A stretch of 64,000 nt of DNA from positions 2,586,623-2,650,622 of the forward strand of contig NW_003314274.1 in NCBI RefSeq assembly GCF_000143415.4, written 5' to 3'. Shown here piece after piece: positions 51,637-64,000 of this stretch. The notes under the pieces were generated by a model. The model was not told the origin of the DNA. It saw only the letters and a list, made by a program, of their open reading frames with translations, and did not search any database. A program made the position numbers and the translations under genes. Source of the stretch: Selaginella moellendorffii (lineage: Eukaryota; Plantae; Lycopodiophyta). Numbering within the stretch: position 1 is the first letter of the stretch; each line of letters begins with the position of its first letter.

Positions 51637-54600
51637 TGTTAGGTGCCAGCTTTGACCACGTGGTCAACATCAGTCAAAGGGAGGCTCAAGGGTATATTAA
51701 GGCATGTTAGGGTAAGGGACTTAACCTACCCTAGAGCTCATAGTGGAGTGGTGGTGCAGTGGAGCTTTTGAGGTAGCTTGGGGGTGGTTGGGTGGTGAGG
51801 AACCTCAAGAGGTGGCATAGCATAGTCTAGGGTGGCTAGATCTCTGTCTTTTTGCCCTGGATCATAACATTGGTATCAGAGAGAGGTTGGTTGCGATGGC
51901 TGATCAAGCTGAACGCTGGAATCCTATTGTCGATGGTGGTGCTGATGATGGTGCTGACGGAGCTGCAAAGATCTAGACCATTCAAGATGTGGTTCATGAG
52001 TTGCAAGCCCTTAATCGAAATCAACAAGAGATGCAAGACAAGATGCATGGCATGATGGATATTATGCGTGGTGTGTTGAGGCACTCGAGGCTGGACATGG
52101 TAGCGCTCCAAGTAAGCCTTCTTTGGTAGATCGACTCAAGATTCCAACCTTTTTTGGTGATGGTGGTGTGGATGAGTGTCTCGTTTGGCTAGCCAATGTG
52201 AAGAAGTTCTTGGCTGCTAGGGGAACTTTAGATACAGATGCTTTAGTGGCTATTCCAATGGTTTTGTATGATGTGAGTCTTCAATGGTGGAATTGGTTTG
52301 AGGAGTCTCATGTTGTGGATAAGAAACCACTAGTATCTACCATGGATGAGTTTGAGGCTGCTTTCTGTTTATGTTTTGCCCCTCATTACGACGTGGAGAA
52401 TGCTTATACAGAACTTCAACATTTCTAGCAAGGGAAAATGACACTTGGGGACTATATCGAGAAGCTTACTCGCTTGATTAGTCGTGTTCCAACGAAGGAT
52501 CTAGATCAGAACAAGTCCTACTTCATTGATGCCCTTCATAATGAGAACCTACGGCAACACTTGCGTCATTCTCAACATACAAAGAGTTTGGAGGAGCTCT
52601 TTGATACAGCTCATTTACTTGACAATGACAAGAACAAATCTCACAAGCGTTTGTGGAGTCTTTCTGTCGAGAATCATCGTGATGATCGCCGTGGAAACAA
52701 GGATGGGAACAAGCATCACAAGTGACTACTTTGGATGCAAAGGGCTCTAAGAAGCAGAAGTTCTTTGTGAAGAATTATAGACAAGGTTGTCATCATTGTG
52801 GCGAATTTGGACACTACAAGGTTGATTATCCATAGTTGAAGAACAAGTAGCAGGACAAGAAGAACGGCCAATCTTCTACTCATGGTAAGTCAGATACTAA
52901 AAAGTTGCAAACTTTGCAGCATGAGGATGACAAGAACAACCATTCCGGTCGAAGGAAGAGACTTTCGATCATTGCTCGTCAGCTCAACTGTGTGTGGAAC
53001 AAGATGGAGCTTGAGGATACTCGTGAATCAGCTTTAATGCTGGAGGGCGTGTTCCATGGCAATCCAGTGCGGATTTTACTGGATAGTGGGAGTGATGATA
53101 ACTTTGTTTCAGCAAAGTTTGTTGTGGAGCATGGCCTGGTCACACAAGGAGTTCTTCCATACACGGTGGAAGGTGTGCTTAACATTTCAATGCTTGTGTC
53201 AAGGGGTTGGAAGTGTTGGTTGGCAAAACCACACTTGTGGAGACTTTTTATCTCGCAGATATCCATCATGCGGATCTCATTCTTGGGATGCCATGGTTGG
53301 TGAAGGTGGATCCAAAGATAAAGTGGAATATTAAGTGTATCTTGTTGGATTACGGTGGCGTTAAAGATGTGTGGTTTGTAAAGGGAGTTCAACCACCTGT
53401 TGTTATGCTCTTTGCTACATCTTTGAAGTGGGCTTGTTGTAATGGAAAAGCACTTTCAAGTTACTTGCTATTTCTTCGTGACTTGGGGGACCAAGGCACG
53501 TGTGGGGGAGAAGTAGTAGTACGGGATGTACTTGACAAGTTCTTTTATGTCTTTCCATCTGAACTTCCTCATGGGTTGCCTCCATTACGAGGTGTGGAGC
53601 ATGGGATTACATTGGAGCCGGGGACGTAGCCAATTTACTTGCATCCATTTTAATGAAGTTATGCGGAGGAGCAAGAAATTCAACAACAAGTCAAGGAGTT
53701 ACTTGAGTTTGGATTTATTCAGCCAAGTAAGTCTTTGTTTGGTGCTCCGGTCTTGCTTGTGAAGAAGGATGGTTCAATGTGGATGTGTATTGATTACCAT
53801 GCCTTGAACAAAAAGACAGTGAAGAATAAAATGCCGATGCCACATGTGGATGATATCCTAGACAAGCTTGGTGAAGCATGAGTGTTTACCAAGATTGATC
53901 TGAGGAGTGGATATTATCAGATTGCAATGGATGATGCATCTATCTTCAAGACGGCATTCAACACAAGCTTCGGACATTTTGAGTTTATAGTTATGCCTTT
54001 TGGTTTGATGAATGCACAAGCCACATTTACTCGGTTGATGACAAAGGTATTTGGGTGTTATCTTCATGAGTTTGTGGAGATTTTCTTGGACAATATTCTT
54101 GTTTTCAGCAAGAATATGGAGGAGCATAAGGTGCATTTGCACAAGGTTCTTTTGTTACTCCGAGACAGCAAAATTTATGTGAAGAAGAGCAAATGTGAGC
54201 TTGCAAAGTCAAAGGTGGAATATCTAGGCCATATTATGACATCTAAGGGTGTCAAGACGGATCCAAGGAAGGTGGCTGTGGTGGAAAACTGATCTACACC
54301 GAATATAGTGGCCAAGTTACGCAGTTTTCTTGGTATAGCTCGCTACTACCAATGTTTCCAGCATAAGATTGCAAAGGTGTCTATTCCTTTGATGCAGTTG
54401 TTATGCAAGAATGTGTCATTCTAGTGGAAGAAAACACAAGAGGAGATTTGTGGCGCTGAAATGATTATTGAGTGAGACTCCAATGCTTCGCATTGCTAAT
54501 CCATTGAAACCTTATGAGGTAACATGCGATGCGAGTGGTTATGCACTAAGAGGAGTTCTCATGCAAGAGGGACAGCTTATTGCATTTGAGAGTCGAACAT

Positions 54601-56475
54601 TAAATTCCGCAGAGCAACGCTATTCCAGGAGTTACTCTCTATTGTTCATGCTTTGTGGACGTGGTGGCACTATCTTTATGGTGCAGTGTTCGTGGTGTTG
54701 ACAGATCACAAACCACTTGTGTATCTGAGTTGAATACTAGGCAAGCTCGTTGGATGGTCAAACTTATGGAGTTTGGGGAGTTTCCTATTAAGCATCATCC
54801 AGGAAAATCCAATGTGGTGGCAGATGCTTTATCTCATGTTCGTAATGTGACAATGTTACAAACACAACTTTGTCATCATTTGAGTAAGGTGGTCAGTGAG
54901 TTTGGGTAGTTGGTTGAGCGTGCTCAGGCTCAGAATGCTAAGGTGGCATATTTGCGAGATTAGATGGAAGCCCCTTTCTCATTCATGGATGGGATTCTCT
55001 ACTACAATGGCAGTGTATATTTGCCACAGGTGGATGCGTTAATTACTCAAGTTTTATTCCACTATCATGATTGTCTAGAGGCCAATCATTTTGGGGGGAA
55101 GAAGATGTATGAGTTGATTAAATGTAATTTTTATTGAAGGAATATGAAGGCTGATATCTTCAAGTATTGTAAATCATGCGAGCTCTATCAGCGGGTTAAG
55201 GTGCTAAGGGAGAAGCCGGGGGGGATTTTGCAACCTTTATCTATTCCTCAGAGCCATTGGTGTAGTATCTTTATGGACTTCATCACTTGTTTGCCATGAA
55301 CACAGGGGCAAAAGGAGCAAGTATGGGTCATAGTGGATCGGTTGACGAAGTATGTGCGGTTGTTGGGTCTTCGGAAGACTGTCATTGCCTCAGACTTGGC
55401 TGCGATTTACTTAGAGAAGGTTTTCCTGATGATCGAGATTCAAAGTTCACAAATGGATTTTGGAAAAGCTTTGCAAAGGCTATGCAAGTGACTTTGAAAC
55501 TCTTAAGCGGAGATCATCCTCAAATGGATGGGTAAACCGAGCGTGTGAATCAGGTGGTGGAGGATATACTACATTGTAGCATTGGTCAAAAGTAAGGATA
55601 ATGGGATTTATATCTTTCGTTGGTGCAATTTGCTTACAACAATAACCAACACAGTGGAATCAAACTAAGTCCTTACTTTGCCATGCTTGGAAGGCATCCC
55701 CAAACAACGGTGGAGTTGGGATTGCATTTGAGTAAGGACATTCAAGATAAGCTTGATTCCGAAGTGACTGATCCAGCTACAGAACTTGATGAGATTTTGG
55801 TGGTGTGCAAACAGAATTTGCAAGCAGCTCAAAATAGAGTGGAGAAGTTTGCTAATGAGCATTGTTAATTCTAGGAATATAAGGTGGGTGATCTCGTCTT
55901 CGTACGAGTGGTCTTTCTGTCAAGTGAGCGGTGGAACACCTTGGTGCCTTTATGGACAGGTAAGAGTGATAAACTTTCCCATCGATATGCTAGTCCATAT
56001 AAAGTGCTGGAGTGCATTGCTAAAGCGGCTTATCAAGTGTGGCTGCCAGTTGGGGTGAAAATTCATCCGGTATTTTATGTCAGCCAGTTGAACAGTGTAC
56101 TATTTCAGAGTGATGGCCCAATGCCTCCTTGATGTATATGGCTGTGGAAGATGGACCAGGAGCTTGAGCAGGGTTTCCCCAGAAAGAGTGATCACCAATA
56201 CAACTCGTCCTTGGGACAAGGACTTTGTTGGGGGGGAAGAATTGTTAGGCGCCAGCTTTGACCACGTGGTCAATCTTGGTCAAAGGGAGGGTCAAAGGTA
56301 TATTAAGGCATGTTAGGGTAAGGGACTTAACCTACCCTAGGGCTCACATTGGAGTGGTAGTGCAGTGGAGCTTTTGAGGTAGCTTGGGGGTGGTTGGGTG
56401 GTGAGGAATCTCAAGAGGTGGTGTAACATAGTCTAGGGCAGCTAGATCTCTGTCTTTTTGTGCCAGATCATAAAA
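51637..56475 (+). mobile_element. Full-length degenerate Ty3/gypsy retrotransposon, 233-bp LTRs, TSD GCTGC
   Basis: LTRs at 51637-51869 and 56243-56475 (about 9-10% different by eye; 3' CA changed to AA). PBS TGGTATCAGAG at 51871 and PPT near 56230. Broken gag, LDSGS protease, RT (FLDN), RNase H (CDASGY) and integrase/IHPVFYVSQL, with many stops. Confidence 0.93.
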
Positions 56476-56706
56476 GCTGCACACTTTTGAATACTACAAA
56501 ACACAAAAGAGAGAAAAAAAATGAGGAAGAGCCAGAATCTCTTAGAACTCTTAGACTCAAAGAATAAAGTCCCTACCTTCAACCTGCCACAACAAGAGCA
56601 TTGGATTTCAGGATTCCCAGCTTCGTCCTTCTCCTGCCCACCACCATCACAAGGATCACTCCATAAAGCCACCATCACTAAAATCCCAGCAGGGCAAAAA
56701 TAGAAT

Positions 56707-57005
56707 CTACTGAACATGAAAAACAGGTTTTGGATCAGTAGCGATGAGCTGGTTCCATTCTTATGGAAATAGGACTCACCCAAACCAGTGCTGAGTCTCT
56801 CAATATCTGTGTGTGGAGAGCAAAGAACACAACCAGCACGTCTTTGATTTCATGGCAGCCAGGAGCATTGTGCCATGGAACTTACAGCTGGGTAGGAGAT
56901 ATCAAACAAGGAGAACTCTGGCTTGAGAAACTTTGCCATGGTCAGCAAGGGATGAGCAATTCTCACAGTCGACTTGGATGCATAATTCCCTGCAATATCA
57001 ACAAC
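56707..57005 (+). repeat. Diverged direct duplicate of 18632-18920 (minus-strand exon-like fragment RIAHPLL..QCSWLP)
   Basis: Colinear similarity in DNA and in ORF translations. Confidence 0.8.
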
Positions 57006-60000
57006 AGCGAGCAAGCATGACAGGGAAATTGACACAAACATGACAAGGAAAAGAAAGAGTACACATACCTCAAGTGGTCATTGGGGAGAGAGCAACAGGA
57101 GTGGCAGGAGACCGGAGTTGTGCTGTGTAGCATTTAAAAGGCTGAAAACAGAGGTGAGGCATCAGACACCAAGAAAAAGAAGAAAAAAAACAAAAACAAA
57201 AGAATGATCAAAATCAGCGAATATGAGGAAAGTAAGAAAATCATAAATTCAGTGCGGATGACGTTACCTGCTGACAAATCTCGCAAATGGTGTTCTCTTA
57301 TCCTTATTCCCAGTGGCTACATTGGAAACCAAGAACTATTCCAAGTTGCAGTGCTCCTGGCCTCATGGGANNNNNNNNNNNNNNNNNNNNNNNNNNNNNN
57401 NNNNNNNNNNNNNNNNNNNNNNNNNNNNNNNNNNNNNNNNNNNNNNNNNNNNNNNNNNNNNNNNNNNNNNATCGTATGTGAATCAAGCAGCTAGAGCTCC
57501 AGAAGATTCTTTGTATTGTGCAATTTGAATGAACTTGAACTTGTACTGAAGTTTTATACATAGAACAAGATGCACACTTCACAGGTATAATGCCTTGCTT
57601 GCTGTGTCCTTAGTGTGCTACATCACGACTTTTTTTTTCTTGGGATATCTGTGTAAGTGATTCAATCCTGCTTATCAAGATTGCGAGATCAATCTCTTCT
57701 TTATCATGAGCTCACTATCTCTTAGCATCTCTTTTTCTGCTATCTTCGTGCATCGTCAGGTAACAACATTTTTTCTGCTGAGTATGAATGATTTTTTGTT
57801 TTTGTTCCAGCTGAATGGGCGCCTGCTACCTGCTTTAGTGATAGTGCTCTGCTGCATGTAATTATGCTACAGTGCATTGTCAAGTGAGCTGTGAGACTAC
57901 AATTGAATCAGAGTGCCCATGCTTGTCATGGGAATGGCCACCACACTTATCTCCGTGATATATTCTATGGACTCTTTGACTACTTTCCTGTCACTGGCAG
58001 CTCCTCCTCGCAAGGAAGGTAACATTAGAGTGACTTTGTGAGTTTTTCTACTCAATTCTTCTTCCAGAAGCCCCTTGCAACCTTTGCTCTGAAGGAGAGA
58101 TTTCAAAAACAGTAACAAACTAAGCAGCACTGGATCTGAGCACGACTTCCACGAAGCAAAGAAGCCGTCCCAGCACCGTCCTGTCACGTACATCTACTCA
58201 TTCTTTTATCTCTTGCAAGCATATACTCGGCTATGTTGCTCACCAGACTGGAGACAAGGATGCTATCGACGTTGGCTAGCCTTCAAAATGGGTCCGGATT
58301 GGCACAATGTGGTTCACAGCGGCACTATACATTTGGTTGCTCATAGCTCCACTCATTCTTCCAGATTGAGACTTCTTCTAAGCGCATGCAAAGTAAGCTC
58401 GAGTTTATTATAATGTAGTGTTGTAAATTTGGAAAAGAAATTAAAAGTCTTTGGTTGGAAACAAATTAAGAGCTTCCACCATGGATCTAGTGTTGCAGAT
58501 TGATTGTGAGAACTTTGGAGCATCTGCATGGAAGAAAAGCAAACGAATGAGGAACAAAAACTGATCAAGTTTTTCTTTGTTTTTACCTTGTTCTCCTGCA
58601 TAGATGGGGATCTCATACAGCTTTTTAGATGCCATGCCTCTAGAAGCTCGTACACATAATCATCTTCAACCTGTGACATCACACTGTCAGAACAAACACA
58701 CCCCCTAAAGGTGATAAGAGCTTATGTTTATGAGACGAATGGATCATGTGGACAGTATGGTCAAAAGGCTACTTGCTGGTGCTGCAGCGGCAGTGGTGGA
58801 TGCTGAGGTTACGGAGGTGTCACAACCATAGCTGCTGCTAGTTCTTCATAAAACCTGTTGATCAAAGATCATCCTCAACACACTTCTTTTCAGCTTTTTA
58901 ATTACCTCACATAACACTGATTGTCTAAAGAAGTTTGTTTTTTTATCAATTCCAGGATAGTCTCCAACATTAAGGAACTTATCCTATATCCTGTGGTCAA
59001 CTTCTTGAGGTCTCTGCTTGGAATTTTGGAATTTTGGGGTCAATTTCTTGGTTTTGCCACTTTTGTAGGTACCATGCTTCATCAAAATCTATAGTTTGAA
59101 CTAAAGGCTTCCTTTCTGTGGAGCACTGTCTTTAAGATTGTGGGTATAGGGATATTCCCATATATGAAGTCTTGGAAAATTACCATTTCCTTTGTCCAGA
59201 AATCCCAAATCCACCTTTAGAAGTATCACTTGATTTCTTTTGTGAAAATGTTTTTTAAGCATATATTTTATAAAGGTGGGAATATATTGATATTTTAAGT
59301 AGACTTAGTATATTTAAGAAAATTATGTAAATTTTTTATGGATCTTCAAATAAAATATAAGATTAATATAAAATAAATAGATTATAATAATATAGAATGA
59401 AATATAGAAGAATGATGGTGAAAAGTTTTGAGGGATTTCCTTCATAGTGGGTTTAGTATTCTTCAGATTCATAGAGAAGCTAATTGAGTTTTTTCTTGGA
59501 TGTAATTTTTGTTAATTAAAGCATATCACTGTTGATTACAATTAGTTATACAACACTACCACTAAATCAATCTAGTAAGAAATGTTAAGAATAAACATAT
59601 AAAATATTATTATTATATTCATAATAAGATCTAAAATTTTTAAAAGAGCATTGTATTAAGAATAAACGCTTTAAACCCATTACTAATCCATCAAAAATGA
59701 ATGTCCAAAGATTGTAACAGTAACTAAAAAAAAGAAGTGAAGCTAATGTGCACAAAGAAATTGAAGTAGTGCATTTGGAGTTTGTTAATTCTTGAAGTGT
59801 TATTACAATTAGTTAGTGAATCTGACTAATACATTATTGACACTAAATAATTTAATGAAATTTTTAGCAATTATTTTGATACACAATTATATACTCATGT
59901 TGATTAGATGTCACTACTTTTAGTTTACCTGGCTATTTAGTTTTCTTATTTCTTTTTCCTTTATTTCTTCATCTTTCAAATGCCAAAGGTTTTGGAGAAA

Positions 60001-60884
60001 ACCTTATAACTATTGCATTAGGTATAATTTTTAACATTTTAAATCACTGCACATAGAAGAAAAGAAATTTGCAATACAAATCTAGGAATCCTTGTTAGGA
60101 TTGAGGATTTTCATTGAAGAAAATTATGAATTCTTAATGGCTGTGTCAAACAGTGCATTACACTAAGAGTAGAACATATCATACCATAATTTTCTCATAA
60201 AATAAAAATATATAGATAAATGAAATCAAAGGCTACTAACTTTTAATATTTATCAATAAATTTTTAGAGAACATAAAATTACGTATAAAAGTTCTCTATA
60301 TAACTGTTTTAAAGCATGGAAAACTTTCAACAAATGAGACCATATAAGTCTGAAATATTTTGAAAACTAAACATCGATTATAAAAAAATTAAATTATTAA
60401 TTAAAAAAAGATCTAGCACATTACCATATACATAATAATATTAACATATTTTATTTATGATAATATATTTATAATAATACAATAATATTTTCAACATTTA
60501 AGATATATAAGGTTAATTTCTTTTGTATTTTCATTTCTAAAATATATACTTTTTTCTATCAAATTTATCATTTGTGATTAAAGTATTTTTTTTTTCATTT
60601 TATCAACTCTAGTTCATGATTCTCTTGTATTATAAAGTAGATTTTTCAAACCTAGATTTTACAGAATATAAAACTAAAAATTATAAAATTAGGTCTAGCA
60701 TACTACTATATGCATGAATAATTAAAATATATTTTATATTGCAATGACCACTGCTTTCTTCTAGCTGTAAGAAATTTTTGGCTTTATTAAAACTATAGAA
60801 TAACTCTATCTAGATAAAATATAAAATATATAAACTATTTTCGTTGTAGATTAAAAGAAATAAACATGTTTTCAGATGGGATTT

Positions 60885-60904
60885 ATACTACATATACATA
60901 TATA

Positions 60905-60938
<34 letters not shown>

Positions 60939-60972
60939 CATATACATATACATACATATATATATATACATA
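60885..60972. repeat. (TA)n/(TATATG)n/(TACA)n microsatellite
   Basis: Directly visible. Confidence 0.9.
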
Positions 60973-63900
60973 TTTTTCTTATTATTATTGTATTATAAAT
61001 AGTGATTATTAGTGACATGATTAACATTTTCTGAACACTATAGTGGTGAATGATATAATAAAGTTTCTTTGCTTAGAAGAAGAAGTAAACTGTAAGCTCC
61101 TGAGTTTGGACTTCCCAGAAGGTTACTTAGCCCAATACTATCCAAACCCAAGAACACTTAACCCCAAGTATCCCAAAACCCTTAACCGATTGAAAAAGAA
61201 AGTGCAATTTTATTCATGAGCCCTTTCCCTTTATATTTGAACCCTAGCAGATTGTTTCTTGAGTTGTTCTTTTTGGTTGTTTACATAAACCTGGATGGTT
61301 ATAGAAGTGTTAAAATGTCATCATGCATGACAAAATTCCATGTTTTTGTTACTTCTCTAATCCAATTTCCAATGTATGCCATTAATATTACTGCAATAGT
61401 AATATAAATATTCAGTAGCTACATTATGAATAATTAAAAAGATGTATTATTTGAATTTATAAAGATTATTGTGAAAGTTTTAAATTTTTTAATATGATCA
61501 TTTAAATTTATTATGGGAGGACCCTATCATAAATTCTAACTTTATATTTTTTTTAAGCTATCTGCTATTTGTATCACATGTTGTTTCTTCTTTTTCTCTA
61601 TCTATTTGTAATTTTTATCATGCTCATTGAATAGCCCACCACTTGATAAGATTTAACACCCTTTCAGCTGTTGAATCTGTGATAATAACAAATACAACTC
61701 AAAAACAAAATCAGTCTATGCTATCAAATTTTTACCATAGCAACTTCATGTGCTTGGATGTACCAGCAAGGACTCCTTAGCTTATGGAACTGCAGAAGGT
61801 AGCTCAAGTTTTTCTTTCATCTCTTAGAAGAAGCTAACAAAGCTTTTTCTTGTAGTAACCCGAGCATAGATGGTGAAAACTGGTGGCAAGGCCATGCACA
61901 TGCTACTCAATTCCCAGCCAAGGCACTCTTACAAGGATTGATTCACCAGGTTTAATATTTGTAGTATCACAAGTCTCCCTGCAAGCTGACTTGGTCACTC
62001 AGAGAAACTGAGAGACAGTCTACTTCGTGATTGAGTTGAAGGAACTCAAGTTGGTTGTTTGGTTGTTGTTGCTGTTTGTGGGATTGAAACACCAGAGGAT
62101 CTTCTCATAGATGGCCTGGGACACGAATGCATCCTTGCCAACACTGATTTTCAGGTGGCAGCAGCCAGAGAGCTTGCCTTCAAGCTAGACAGCCCGAGCT
62201 TCAGGTTTTGAAAGAAAAAAAAGCTTGCTCTTTGCTCATGTTGTTTTCATTTCTTTAGCAGGTAGCTCAAAAAAAATTGGTTTTTTTACTTCCATACTTG
62301 GTCCCGGTGGGAGTGTGAAAGCTTTTCTCTCAGATTTACCAGACATTTGCTGGGCGGGAATGATGGTACATATGCATGAGTCTTCTCACAAATGCTTTTT
62401 GTGACATGGTCTATAGTTTTTCAATCTCTTTCTCTTTCTTGAGCAACTATGGCAATGCTTTCCAAAACTTATACACTTATGGCGGATACAGCATTCTTCC
62501 CTGCATTGATGCTGCTATTGCCTACATCTTTGAAGATAACAGCACATAGATGATAATTTGATAACATCACTTGATATCAAATCAAAATCTGGATTTGATC
62601 ATTTGTAACCTTGCCATAAGCAAACACGTCTGTTTGGGCAGACGTTTGTTATGACAATTTACTGACAATCTCATCTGAATGAATCGTCAGCCTGTGGTAA
62701 CGAGAGTATTAACAATCTTCTTACTTCTCAAAATCACTGATTGCTGTCTTTTGATGATTCCAATGAAGTCGCATGGAACAACTTGATGTTTGTTACTATC
62801 TGAAAGTACTGAGCTCTCCTTCACGAAGGCGCAAAAACGCAGAAAAGCGAGAGTGTTGAGGCTGATATCGTCATTAAACTTGTTTTTTATGAACGCAAGA
62901 ATGCCAAGCAATCGATGCTTCGTGATTTTTTTAAAAAAAAATTGCACACATGTTTGCTCTACATAAGTACCACACGTACGTTAGTCGCCCTACCTTTCCG
63001 TCTATTCCTTTGCCTAGACTTGGATCCCAGAGGTAAGGCCACTCAAGTAAGTTTTGGTATTGCTAACTTAATACTTTCAAATTTACAGTTTCGCCCTAAT
63101 GGCTGATTCATCAAACACCACAACACCAGCACCATCTGCACCCACCCCCACGCCTACAACATCAAGTATTACAACAAATATAAGCAAGCCAGCGACACCA
63201 AGGTCTCGGGAGAGCAGTGAAAGTGCTGGATCAGATGGAGGTCGCCCACGGGGCTATATTGCCACAAGATTTTTCAGACCTTCTCTTGTGGATCTCTGTA
63301 TTCCGGTCATGGCTGCAAACTTCTTATGTTTCCCAACATTTGGCTATATTTCACTTGACCTTCGACCCAAAGTTGTTACCTTGCTACCGCTGGACTTGCC
63401 ACTGGACCTTGCAGCTTATGTAAGCAGTTTTACACACACTTATTGAAAGCATAAGAGATAACACGTATAATTTTTTGACGTAGCTCATATATGAAGATGA
63501 ATATTGGGAGAGAAGATCGAGGCTACACTGGAGTAATAGCGACATTGCAGCCCACGGACGCTCGTGGAAGCAGCTTTTTTTTGAGCGGTATTTCTCAGAC
63601 GCATTGGAAAGGTTGGTTTCATTGCTTGGTTGTAGAAGTTTCTTTTTTGTGCTCCTGGTACAGCTTTGATCCTACATGCTCTGAAGAGTCTGCACTCACG
63701 AACATGCTTCATATATGTGCGCAATACATTCACAATCTGATAATTTACCAGCTTCCATCTCGTTTAAACATATCTGTTTTTCTCGTTCCACTAGCCAGGT
63801 AATTCTGTCATGGTCACTTCGCCTGATATTCGAATGTTTTAATGTCCCAGTCAAATAGAGACACTAAAGATCGAGTATGGAAGCCGGAATGTGGGCATGG

Positions 63901-64000
63901 AGTACGATAAACTCAGGTTTGGTATGAAGACATCAGATTGTCGATCCGTGTCTGCTGCGCTAAGGGTTTCTTTAGCGCTAAGTGAACTAACGCTTTCTTA

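Noticed and set aside
57500-64000. Exon-like minus-strand frames (57897-58682, 62687-63733)
   Set aside because: They are interrupted by stops and have no family that can be named from sequence alone; TBLASTX is needed.

Overview
Land-plant nuclear DNA. The ~45-60 bp introns and a GEX3 homologue suggest a compact-genome lycophyte such as Selaginella (inference). Almost the whole window reads as a head-to-tail stack of minus-strand non-autonomous Helitrons (5' ends TCATACTCATAT..., 3' ends CCCAGCnnnGCTGGG hairpin + CTAG). These carry captured gene pieces: kelch, a near-complete GEX3-like gene and a possible DMS3/GMI1-like hinge. Inside the (CA)n tract of one Helitron end lies a 19.2-kb TGTCG...CGACA block with a 5-bp TSD (GACAA). 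Its two arms are 5.6 and 6.9 kb inverted copies of LTR-retrotransposon material. Its spacer holds a Ty3/gypsy gag-pol interrupted by a solo LTR, a complete 677-bp TRIM and a TRIM/helper chimera. A separate old, degenerate full-length gypsy element lies at 51637-56475. No rRNA, tRNA gene or CRISPR array was found. All alignments and identities were estimated by eye.
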